DNA of 32,000 nucleotides, taken from contig NC_020409.1 of NCBI RefSeq assembly GCF_000341895.1, positions 720,001 to 752,000 of the forward strand. Direction: 5' to 3'. This stretch comes from Pseudodesulfovibrio piezophilus C1TLV30. GTDB taxonomy: Bacteria > Desulfobacterota > Desulfovibrionia > Desulfovibrionales > Desulfovibrionaceae. Shown here piece after piece: positions 8,521-16,612 of the stretch. The notes under the pieces are model-generated. The model worked only from the letters and a program-made list of their open reading frames with translations, ran no database searches and was not told where the DNA came from. The number at the start of each line of letters is the position of its first letter. The stretch's first letter is position 1. Both the position numbers and the translations under genes were made by a program.

Positions 8521-8949
8521 ATGACTGCCATCAAGATACTGCTGGTGGACGATGAAACGGATTACCTGCGCACATTGGAAAAACGCCTTCAGAAGCGGGG
8601 ATTCGTAGTTTGTGCTGTGACTTCCGGTGAAGAAGCACTGAAACAATTAGCAACCTTTCCTGCTGATGTGGTGCTCCTGGATGTCAAACTGCGAGGCATG
8701 GACGGGTTAACCACTCTTCACAAGATCAAACGTACGTGGTCGCACGTCGAAGTCATAATGCTAACAGGCCATGCAAACCAGGAAGTTGCTATTCATGGTT
8801 TAGAGCTTGGAGCATTCGAGTATCTGATGAAGCCTGTGGATTTTGAGGAACTCCTTTATAAACTGGAAGATGCCTGCGTGCGAAAGACATTTCAAATAAA
8901 TGAACATGGCTTGAAAAAATTTGAAAAAACCAATGGGAATACCCAATAA
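8521..8949 (+). CDS. stand-alone response regulator receiver protein (paralog 3 of 3)
   Basis: 142 aa with LVDDE, VLLDVKLRGMDG, IMLTGH and YLMKP. No output domain; there is a hydrophilic tail of about 20 aa. Confidence 0.85.
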   Translation: MTAIKILLVDDETDYLRTLEKRLQKRGFVVCAVTSGEEALKQLATFPADVVLLDVKLRGMDGLTTLHKIKRTWSHVEVIMLTGHANQEVAIHGLELGAFEYLMKPVDFEELLYKLEDACVRKTFQINEHGLKKFEKTNGNTQ

Positions 8950-8988
8950 AATCCCTATTTATTAACGTTAAAATATGAAGGTGGAATT

Positions 8989-10251
8989 ATGAGATTCGCT
9001 CAACAGCTCTATGTATCACTGCGGGAGGCGGCCAGGGCTCACGCTCAATGGGATATCGAAGTCTCCACGAGTATCATAAAAGACAAACGCAAGATGTGGC
9101 TCCTCGTCGTTATGACTGCCCTTGGTCTGCTCGGCTCTTTGGCTTTCGCAAGTGACCTCGACCTGCCATCCATGCTTGGAGGGAAAAGTGCCTACACCCC
9201 GGCATTCTATACCACTGGCATTTTTGTCGCATCCATCGCCATAGGCCTCTGTGCCGGGCTTATCACCGGATGTATCGGTGCCGGAGGTGGATTTATCATT
9301 ACTCCCGCCCTAATGTCCGCAGGAATAAAAGGAATTCTCGCTGTAGGTACAGACCTGTTCCACATATTTGCCAAAGCGATCATGGGAACTGCTGTTCACA
9401 AGAAATTAGGTAATGTTTCAGTGTCTCTGGCATTGGCATTTCTTGTCGGTTCGGGAGTCGGAGTTCTCGGAGGTGGCGTTTTGAATCGCCTTATATATGA
9501 GGCCAACCCCGTCGCATCTGACGCTTTTATATCAGTAATCTATGTCGTCCTTCTCGGTTTTTTAGGAACATATGCCATGGTCGACTTTCTCCGCCTCAGG
9601 AAAGCAGGAAACAAAATCGACGCACATGGTGGAGGACAACACAATTCCGGGGGGCTTCCAGCGGCTCTCCAACGAGCCAAGATACCGCCCATGATTACCT
9701 TTGATAAAGATCTTATGCCTGGCGGCAAAAAGATATCCGGTTGGTTTGTCGCGGCCTGCGGGCTTATTGTCGGGTTTATGGCAGCTATAATGGGGGTCGG
9801 CGGCGGATTCTTGACTTTCCCGATGTTTGTCTATGTCTTGGGTGTCAGTTCGTTTACCACAGTTGGGACCGATATTCTCCAAATCATATTTACGGCAGGA
9901 TTCGCAGCCATAAGCCAGTATGCCATCTATGGTTTCATCTTCTATACACTCGCCATGGGTATGTTACTTGGATCACTCGTAGGAATCCAAATCGGTGCCT
10001 TTGTCACCAAACTCGTCCCCGGTATCTACATCCGAGGGTTCTATGCCATGGCTATTCTCGCAGGGTTCATAAACAGACTCTTCGCCATGCCCGGAAAACT
10101 TGCGGAGATGAAATATATTGCTCTGAATGCACAAACCGCTCTATTTCTGACGAATATCGGGAATTGGCTTTTTTTTATTGTCATTGGGGTGTTTGCTGTA
10201 TGGGTTATTCTAACATTCTTCACAAAAATCAACATTTTGAGAGAGGGATAA
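8989..10251 (+). CDS. TauE/SafE (TSUP) family anion permease, long form
   Basis: 420 aa and polytopic. It has two internally repeated halves, each with the family Gly-rich helix (GCIGAGGGFIITPALM and IMGVGGGFLTFPMFVYVLG). A hydrophilic loop of about 50 aa separates the halves (RKAGNKIDAHGGGQHNSGG...). SD AAGGTGGA upstream. Confidence 0.8.
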   Translation: MRFAQQLYVSLREAARAHAQWDIEVSTSIIKDKRKMWLLVVMTALGLLGSLAFASDLDLPSMLGGKSAYTPAFYTTGIFVASIAIGLCAGLITGCIGAGGGFIITPALMSAGIKGILAVGTDLFHIFAKAIMGTAVHKKLGNVSVSLALAFLVGSGVGVLGGGVLNRLIYEANPVASDAFISVIYVVLLGFLGTYAMVDFLRLRKAGNKIDAHGGGQHNSGGLPAALQRAKIPPMITFDKDLMPGGKKISGWFVAACGLIVGFMAAIMGVGGGFLTFPMFVYVLGVSSFTTVGTDILQIIFTAGFAAISQYAIYGFIFYTLAMGMLLGSLVGIQIGAFVTKLVPGIYIRGFYAMAILAGFINRLFAMPGKLAEMKYIALNAQTALFLTNIGNWLFFIVIGVFAVWVILTFFTKINILREG

Positions 10252-10254
10252 ATC

Positions 10255-10965
10255 ATGATAGTCAGACACAAAAAACTCTTTTTGCTAGGGCTGATACTTT
10301 CGGTGGCATTCCTGATAGTTCTTTCTTACATGTTCACTCCGAATTTTAATGGAACCAATGCGTTCCATGCTTCTGATAATCTGTTTAATTCCATATCCAA
10401 GGGATCAACCTATTACATCCCACAGGTAGCGGAAGACGCGAAACTCTTTGACGGAAAACAATTTCAGACCACCATATTTGAAGATGAGACACGTTTAATC
10501 CCCTATGCCAAAACTATTTTGATGAAAAATGGACTCAAGATTACTGACACAGCCAAGGGTATCCTCGTTTCAGGTGATCTGGGATCATTAATGGCACGAG
10601 TCCTTGAGGATGCCGATGCAATGTTCAAAAATGCGGGTCCAACTCTCTCGAACAAGTACGCCATGGATGAAAAACAAGCCATGTATGTGTGGTGGAAAAC
10701 CATGAAAGAAATCAAGAGTGCTCTTGATCAGCAAAAGTCCTTTCGAGCTGCTGTTTTTATTGATAAAAACATCATAAAAAGAGCCATAGAAGTCGGATAT
10801 AACTACTATGGAATTGAAGGCCAGGATGCAGCGCACAGGTGGGGAATTTTACTCTTCTCACTGCTCTTCTATGTTGTATACACTCTGTGGTGGGGGTATG
10901 GTATTTTTTTCATGTGTGAGGGACTGGGGCTTGAAATGAAGGCGGGCAAAAAACAGGAAATGTAG
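10255..10965 (+). CDS. hypothetical membrane protein (N-terminal TM, soluble middle, C-terminal hydrophobic hairpin)
   Basis: 236 aa. The ATG is 3 nt after the permease stop. N-terminal helix LFLLGLILSVAFLIVLSYMF. C-terminal WGILLFSLLFYVVYTLWWGYGIFFMCEGLGL. I recognise no family. Confidence 0.6.
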   Translation: MIVRHKKLFLLGLILSVAFLIVLSYMFTPNFNGTNAFHASDNLFNSISKGSTYYIPQVAEDAKLFDGKQFQTTIFEDETRLIPYAKTILMKNGLKITDTAKGILVSGDLGSLMARVLEDADAMFKNAGPTLSNKYAMDEKQAMYVWWKTMKEIKSALDQQKSFRAAVFIDKNIIKRAIEVGYNYYGIEGQDAAHRWGILLFSLLFYVVYTLWWGYGIFFMCEGLGLEMKAGKKQEM

Positions 10966-11008
10966 CGGCTGGGAAATATCTAAAAATAAAAATGCGGGTT
11001 GTGAACAC

Positions 11009-13600
11009 ATGGGAATACAGGATTGGTTCTCCTTCAAAAAAAACAAAGGGAAGAAAACCCAGGAAGAACTGGCTGAGATTCGCCGCACGTTCGCAACCCG
11101 CATTAACCATTTCAAACGTCTTATTCAAGCCAATACGCGTGCACACGAACAGATGGCGGAACTCGAGGAAGCGCTTCGCGGTTTTCAACCATACGGCATG
11201 CAGTATGTCCGGGCTTTATGCACACGTCTCTCTGCATCAATATTTCAAATGATCCAGCATCTGGATAGCCTTAATCCTAAAACATATGAAAAACTCTTCG
11301 ATATTTTCGATACTCTTCAAAGCACCATACACATGCACATCTCACCAGTATCGCATGCAGAGGAGAATGATTTAATTCTCGAGATTCATTCGATAGGCCG
11401 TGATCACGCAGACATGTGCGGCCCCAAAATGGCAATGCTTGGGGAGGCAGCAAATAATCTGAATATGAAAGTGCCGACCGGTTTCGTTGTCACTGCTGCC
11501 GCCTACCGTCTCTTCATGAAATCAGGAGGGCTGAACGAGGAGATTGACCGCCAAATCCAAGGGACGAACTTTGAAGACATGGAATCCATGATTCGCCTCT
11601 CATCCCGAATCATGCAATTGATTATTGAGACATCCATCCCTGAAAGTTTGTCACAATCCATCCTTGATTCCTACGACGACTTATGTGAACGCCATGGTAA
11701 AGCGATCAAGATTGCCGTTCGCTCCAGCGCCCTTGGCGAAGATCTGGAAGGAGCCGCCTTTGCAGGACAATATCGCTCAATCCTCAATGTGGATCGAGAA
11801 TCTCTCCTCCCAGCATATAAAGAGGTTCTCGCATCCAAATATTCACAACAAGCAATGGCTTATCGTTTTAACCGAGGCATACGAGATGACGATGTCGCTC
11901 TTTGTGTGGGATGCATGGTCATGGTGGAAGCCCATGCAAGCGGAGTCGCATACTCACGCAATCCAATAAATATTCGTGATAAGACTCTTTCCCTCTATTC
12001 AATCTGGGGTCTGCCAAGAGCTGTTGTTAATGGCTCTATGGATACAGATGAATTTCTTGTAGCACGTCTCCCCGCTCCCCGCATACTCAAACGACACATT
12101 GCTGACAAAAAAGAAATTTATGTCTGCGATAAGGAAGAAGGCCTCTGCCGGATCTCGCTAACTGAGAAAAATCGAACTCAACCATCCCTCACAGACGAAC
12201 AGATTCTTTTGATTGCAAAGGCAACCATGCGTATAGAAGAGTACTTTGGCTTGCCGCAGGATGTTGAATGGGCAATAACCGAATCTGGCCAGCTTTCCTT
12301 ACTGCAATGTCGTCCGCTCCTTTTGGCGGAGCACAAACGTGGACTCCTTCCACCAGATTCCACACTGCCACCTCCCATTCTCTCAGGCGGGCGCACAGCC
12401 AGCCCAGGCATAGGGACAGGCCCTGTCTATATGGTCGCCAAAGATGTGGATACATTACTCTTCCCGGACGGTGGAGTCCTGGTACTCAATCAGGCTCTTC
12501 CCAATCGAGCGGCACTCCTTGGACGATGCAGTGCTGTCATATCAGAACAAGGCGGGGCCGCAGGACATCTAGCAAATGTTGCTCGTGAGTTTGGCATTCC
12601 TGCATTATTTGGGCTCAAGAATGCACAAAAAAAGCTCTTTCATGGTCAGATCGTGACGGTTGATGCTGAAGGATGTGCCGTTTATAATGGAAGAGTCGAA
12701 GCATTCCTTGAAAAAAAACCGAGAGAACGGATAATGCGTGGAAGCCCTGTCCAAAAAAGTCTCAGAAAAGCTGCCAAGTATATTGTTCGTCTTCATCTCA
12801 TTGATCCTGATGCCTTCAGTTTCAAGCCAGGGAATTGTAAAACACTTCATGATATAATGCGATTTTGCCATGAAATGGCTGTGCGTGAAATGTTCGAATT
12901 TGGCATGAATAAAGACTACATCGAAGGGGCTTCCAGACAACTTATCTGTAATGTTCCCAAACAATTCTGGGTTCTCAACCTTGACAGCGGCATTGCACCT
13001 GAAGGGAAACATCGTGCCGACCGCTGTGTTTTGCTTGAACACATTCGCTCTATCCCCATGTGTGCGCTATGGGCGGGTATGGATGCCATCCCATGGGAGG
13101 GCCCTCCCCCTGTTCACACACAGGGCCTGATGTCTGTCATGTTTGAAGCAACGGTCAATACTGACCTGAATCCAACTGCACCATCACGGTTTTCTCAAAA
13201 AAATTATTTCATGATTTCTGAAAACTATTGCATTCTACAGTCCCGTTTCGGTTTCCATTTTTGTGGCGTTGAAGCCCTGGTGAGTGACCGAAACACCGAA
13301 AACTACGCAAGTCTCCAATTTAAAGGAGGGGCAGCAAACCTTGAACGCCGAATCCTGCGCGCCCGTTTTATTGGTGATATCCTGGCGGAGTTCGATTTTC
13401 GTGTCCGAATCAAAGAAGATACCCTCTTTGCGCGATTGGAGGGACTTGGGCGTCCCCAAATGGAGCATCGCCTGAAAATTCTCGGTTACCTGATTACCCA
13501 CACCCGCCAACTCGACATGATAATGACCAATACTGATGAGGTAACACGACAAAGAGATAAGTTTTTCCGGGACTTTACCCTGTTTGACCTCAAAGAATAA
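11009..13600 (+). CDS. PEP-utilizing-enzyme-like dikinase (PPDK_N ATP-grasp + swivel phospho-His domain, unknown N- and C-terminal regions)
   Basis: 863 aa. ATP-grasp signature GPKMAMLGEA...VPTGFVVTAAAY and VRSSALGEDLEGAAFAGQY. Mobile-domain signature GRTASPGIGTGPVYMV and GGAAGHLANVAREFGIPALFG, with the candidate phospho-His codon CAT at 12566-12568 (residue 520). There is no PEP/pyruvate TIM-barrel motif. The N-terminal helical region (about 130 aa) and the C-terminal region (about 290 aa) are unassigned. Confidence 0.8.
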   Translation: MGIQDWFSFKKNKGKKTQEELAEIRRTFATRINHFKRLIQANTRAHEQMAELEEALRGFQPYGMQYVRALCTRLSASIFQMIQHLDSLNPKTYEKLFDIFDTLQSTIHMHISPVSHAEENDLILEIHSIGRDHADMCGPKMAMLGEAANNLNMKVPTGFVVTAAAYRLFMKSGGLNEEIDRQIQGTNFEDMESMIRLSSRIMQLIIETSIPESLSQSILDSYDDLCERHGKAIKIAVRSSALGEDLEGAAFAGQYRSILNVDRESLLPAYKEVLASKYSQQAMAYRFNRGIRDDDVALCVGCMVMVEAHASGVAYSRNPINIRDKTLSLYSIWGLPRAVVNGSMDTDEFLVARLPAPRILKRHIADKKEIYVCDKEEGLCRISLTEKNRTQPSLTDEQILLIAKATMRIEEYFGLPQDVEWAITESGQLSLLQCRPLLLAEHKRGLLPPDSTLPPPILSGGRTASPGIGTGPVYMVAKDVDTLLFPDGGVLVLNQALPNRAALLGRCSAVISEQGGAAGHLANVAREFGIPALFGLKNAQKKLFHGQIVTVDAEGCAVYNGRVEAFLEKKPRERIMRGSPVQKSLRKAAKYIVRLHLIDPDAFSFKPGNCKTLHDIMRFCHEMAVREMFEFGMNKDYIEGASRQLICNVPKQFWVLNLDSGIAPEGKHRADRCVLLEHIRSIPMCALWAGMDAIPWEGPPPVHTQGLMSVMFEATVNTDLNPTAPSRFSQKNYFMISENYCILQSRFGFHFCGVEALVSDRNTENYASLQFKGGAANLERRILRARFIGDILAEFDFRVRIKEDTLFARLEGLGRPQMEHRLKILGYLITHTRQLDMIMTNTDEVTRQRDKFFRDFTLFDLKE

Positions 13601-13719
13601 AATGATAAGGATTTTTCATGATTAAAAGAAAAGCAAAAATTCTTTGAAAATCACTCCATGTTTTTTCTGCACTGATCTTTCGTTTGCTTCTTTATTTCAA
13701 AAAAATTATACACTGATCC

Positions 13720-14507
13720 ATGAAAGAAACTCGTTATGATTTTGGCAATAACTGGTATGATTTTCTCAACACACTTGATCAACGGAAAATTGACATTGCA
13801 ACGGAAGAATAAAAGCTCCTGACAGGTGATCTCACAGGGAAAACATTTGTTGACATAGGTTCAGGGTCAGGTTTGCACAGTCTTGCGGCGTTCAACTTGG
13901 GAGCTTCAGAGGTCTGTGCCTTTGATTATGACACCATGAGTGTCCAGTCCACAACCACACTCCTATCAAAACACGTTCCTCAAAAAAAATGGAAATCCTC
14001 GCAGGCCGATATATTGGCGAAACCAAAATCCCAAAAAAAATTTGATGTGGTTTATTCATATGGAGTACTCCATCACACAGGAGACATGTGGAAAGCCATC
14101 GAAAATGCGTGTGCCTATTGCAAAAATGGTGGTCTTTTTTCCGTGGCCCTCTATGTCAAAACTCCCTTTTGTCAATTCTGGGAAAAAGAAAAAAAATATA
14201 TAGTAAATATAAATTGATAAGACCTCTGCTGGATGGCCTTATGATCACTCTAGTTGCTTTACGCAGGCTTTTGGCTGGCAATAACCCATATAAATATATT
14301 TCGGAATATGAGTCTAAAAGAGGAATGAATTTTTTCACGGATATCCGTGACTGGCTCGGTGGGTACCCCTATCAAAGTGTCTCAGACCAGGAATTGCAAC
14401 TATTTATGGGAAATCAAGGGTTCTCACTTGTATCAAAGAAGAATACTGAGCCCTGTAGAGGCTTACTTGGCACAGCATGTGGGGAATGGGTATTCAGGAA
14501 GAATTAG
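13720..14507 (+). pseudogene. class I SAM-dependent methyltransferase, disrupted (in-frame TAA plus frameshift)
   Basis: ATG 13720 opens MKETRYDFGNNWYDFL... and hits an in-frame TAA at 13810-13812. The same frame then continues into the SAM-binding motif VDIGSGSGLHS and DVVYSYGVLHH, stopping at 14215-14217. The C-terminal part (RGMNFFTDIRDWLGGYPYQ...CGEWVF) continues in the -1 frame to 14507. The frame change lies within the A5/A8 runs at 14183-14196. Confidence 0.65.
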
Positions 14508-14523
14508 ACAACTTTCTTCATGA

Positions 14524-14564
14524 CAAAAGGAATCCCCCTGCCAGAGTATGAACAGGGGGATTCT
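14524..14564 (-). terminator. rho-independent terminator for the minus-strand dapL-folK-YHS unit
   Basis: GAATCCCCCTG (14530-14540) pairs perfectly with CAGGGGGATTC (14553-14563), an 11-bp stem with a 12-nt loop. On the minus strand it is followed by CTTTTGT. It lies about 85 nt downstream of the stop at 14649. Confidence 0.6.
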
Positions 14565-14648
14565 CTATTAATTCAACGAACTGTATTCATTGCATCAAAT
14601 CAGCAAGTAACAACACATACCGGCTCGAGGCGTTTCTCATATCGACAC

Positions 14649-14927
14649 TTAGCTATCGTCTGAATTGACGGTTGTCGCTTCAAGCTGCTTCAAGTATTTA
14701 TCTCGACATTCATACGAACAAAAGACATGTACCTTGTCTCCCTCTTTCACCCGTATGTTACCATCTTTTTCAACATATGTACCGCAGATGGGATCTTTGA
14801 TCATCTCTCCGGAAGCAGCCTTTTTCTTGACGACTTTGGCTTTGTCCATTTCTCGCTTCGCTTTATCACCCATAAAGAGCTTATAAACGAGAAACAAGGC
14901 AACACCGATGACTAAGAATTTCAACAT
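14649..14927 (-). CDS. membrane-anchored YHS/TRASH-domain protein
   Basis: 92 aa. N-terminal TM LKFLVIGVALFLVYKLF, a Lys-rich linker, then DPICGTYV...VHVFCSYECRDKY, which matches the YHS/TRASH metal-binding pattern. Confidence 0.7.
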   Translation of the reverse strand: MLKFLVIGVALFLVYKLFMGDKAKREMDKAKVVKKKAASGEMIKDPICGTYVEKDGNIRVKEGDKVHVFCSYECRDKYLKQLEATTVNSDDS

Positions 14928-14945
14928 GAAAACGCTCCGAATCTT

Positions 14946-15380
14946 TTATGAATCCTGCCAGATCCTGTTACCTTCGATGCGATACTCTATGTTGGCGAGT
15001 GCTTCGTCAACGGTTGTACCATCCGGGAAAACAAAGTCCGGTTCTATTTCTTTCAAGGGGATAAGGACAAACGCCCTTTTCAACGCGCGTGGATGCGGGA
15101 GTGTCAAAAAGTCACTTTGCATCACAGTGTCGCCCCAAGCTATAATGTCCATATCCAACGGTCTGGGGCCGCCTGGTTCCTGACGCTCTCTGCCCATCTG
15201 CGCCTCAATAGCGGTGCATGTGGACAAGAAACCTGATGGTGCCCATATCTCAGCGTCAATTTCGAGTTTAACGACCTGATTGGCAAACCAAGGTTGATCC
15301 TTGATCTCACCTTGAGGCTCTGTCAGATAGGTACTCGAAAATGATTTAAGTGCTATTTCATCCCCATACGTCTCAAGCAA
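14946..15380 (-). CDS. folK: 2-amino-4-hydroxy-6-hydroxymethyldihydropteridine diphosphokinase (HPPK)
   Basis: HPPK motifs are present: GPRPLDMDIIAWGD and LTLPHPRALKRAFVLIPLKEI. The coordinates follow the ORF track (TTG at 15380). The conserved N-terminal strand CYVSLGSNQGD is encoded in frame upstream of that codon, so the real start probably lies near 15456-15467 (see findings). Confidence 0.8.
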   Translation of the reverse strand: MLETYGDEIALKSFSSTYLTEPQGEIKDQPWFANQVVKLEIDAEIWAPSGFLSTCTAIEAQMGRERQEPGGPRPLDMDIIAWGDTVMQSDFLTLPHPRALKRAFVLIPLKEIEPDFVFPDGTTVDEALANIEYRIEGNRIWQDS

Positions 15381-15445
15381 CGTCAGTGCATCGTTCAGAT
15401 TTTCCTCTGTATCACCCTGATTCGACCCAAGACTGACGTAACAAT

Positions 15446-16612
15446 TTACAGTTTCGATATTCTGGATACTGCCTCCTCAAGTAGGTCGTTGTTCACTGTC
15501 AAAGATATACGGAAATATCCTTCACCGGGAGCACCAAACCCTTGTCCAGGTGTCAAGACAACACCAGTCTGTTTCAAAACATTGGTAACGAATTCCGAGG
15601 AAGTATAGCCCTCTGGGGTATGGCACCACATATAAAACGCGGCATCAGGAACACGATGCTTGATCCCTATCTTGGTCAGAGCGGCACTCACGACATCTCG
15701 ACGTTCCTTATAGATAGCACGGAATTGTTCAGCATACGGTTCGCCCTGCTTCAAAGCCGCAATACCCGCTTCCTGAACAGCTTGAAAAATACCGGAATCA
15801 ACATTTTCCTTAATCTTTCCAAGCCCGGCAATAAGATCACTATTTCCAACAGCCATACCGACCCGCCACCCGGTCATATTATAGGTTTTGGATAAGGAAT
15901 GAAACTCAATGCAAACATCCTTGGCCCCTTCGCATTCAAAAATGGAAAGAGGTTTGTTCTCAGAATCATAATAAATTTCAGTATAGGCGGCATCAGACAC
16001 CACTATCACATTGAATTCTCGTGCTTTTTCGATAAGACGCTCATAGAATTCCTTGGTGGCGGTTGCTGCTGTCGGGTTGTTCGGATAACAGACAAAAATC
16101 ATCTTGGCTTTTGCCCACATATCATCAGAAACAGCATCAAGATCTATCAGAAAGTCATTCTCTTCAAGCAGGGGCAGATATTCAGCCTGTCCACCAGCAA
16201 AACTCGTGGCTATTCCGTAAACAGGATAATTGGGAGTGGCAATCAGGGCGATATCACCCGGGTTTATATATGCCAGAGGGAAATGAGCAATTCCTTCTTT
16301 GGAACCGATGAGGCTGACGACCTCTTTTTCTGCATCAAGGTCGACATTAAAACGTTCCTTGTACCAATCGGCAACGGCTTGACGAAAACCAAGCATACCA
16401 ACATAGGATGGATACTGATGGTTGACGGGTTTCTTTGCTGCCTCATGCAAGGCTTCAATAATAAAATTCGGGGTTGGAAGATCCGGGTCGCCGATGCCAA
16501 GGCTGATGATATCCATTCCCTGAGCTGCGACCTCTGCTTTGGCCTTGTCGATTGCGGCAAAAAGGTACGGAGGAAGCGTCGAAAGACGATCGGCAAGTTT
16601 GAAATCTGACAT
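15446..16612 (-). CDS. dapL: LL-diaminopimelate aminotransferase-type class I aminotransferase
   Basis: 388 aa. N-terminus LADRLSTLPPYLFAAIDKAK...ISLGIGDPDLPTP. PLP-lysine region HSLSKTYNMTGWRVG. This is typical of the short DapL group. Substrate specificity is inferred, not shown. Confidence 0.8.
   Translation of the reverse strand: MSDFKLADRLSTLPPYLFAAIDKAKAEVAAQGMDIISLGIGDPDLPTPNFIIEALHEAAKKPVNHQYPSYVGMLGFRQAVADWYKERFNVDLDAEKEVVSLIGSKEGIAHFPLAYINPGDIALIATPNYPVYGIATSFAGGQAEYLPLLEENDFLIDLDAVSDDMWAKAKMIFVCYPNNPTAATATKEFYERLIEKAREFNVIVVSDAAYTEIYYDSENKPLSIFECEGAKDVCIEFHSLSKTYNMTGWRVGMAVGNSDLIAGLGKIKENVDSGIFQAVQEAGIAALKQGEPYAEQFRAIYKERRDVVSAALTKIGIKHRVPDAAFYMWCHTPEGYTSSEFVTNVLKQTGVVLTPGQGFGAPGEGYFRISLTVNNDLLEEAVSRISKL

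Noticed and set aside
13618-13647. A 9-codon mini-ORF (MIKRKAKIL) with an AAGGA upstream, in the A/T-rich spacer after the operon.
   Set aside because: It is too short and too compositionally trivial (A-rich DNA) to support. No attenuator-like alternative hairpins were seen around it.
14088-14507. The 139-aa ORF as an independent gene.
   Set aside because: Only its C-terminal two-thirds resembles anything, namely the C-terminus of the methyltransferase family whose N-terminal part lies in the adjacent frame. It was interpreted as the downstream fragment of a frameshifted pseudogene.
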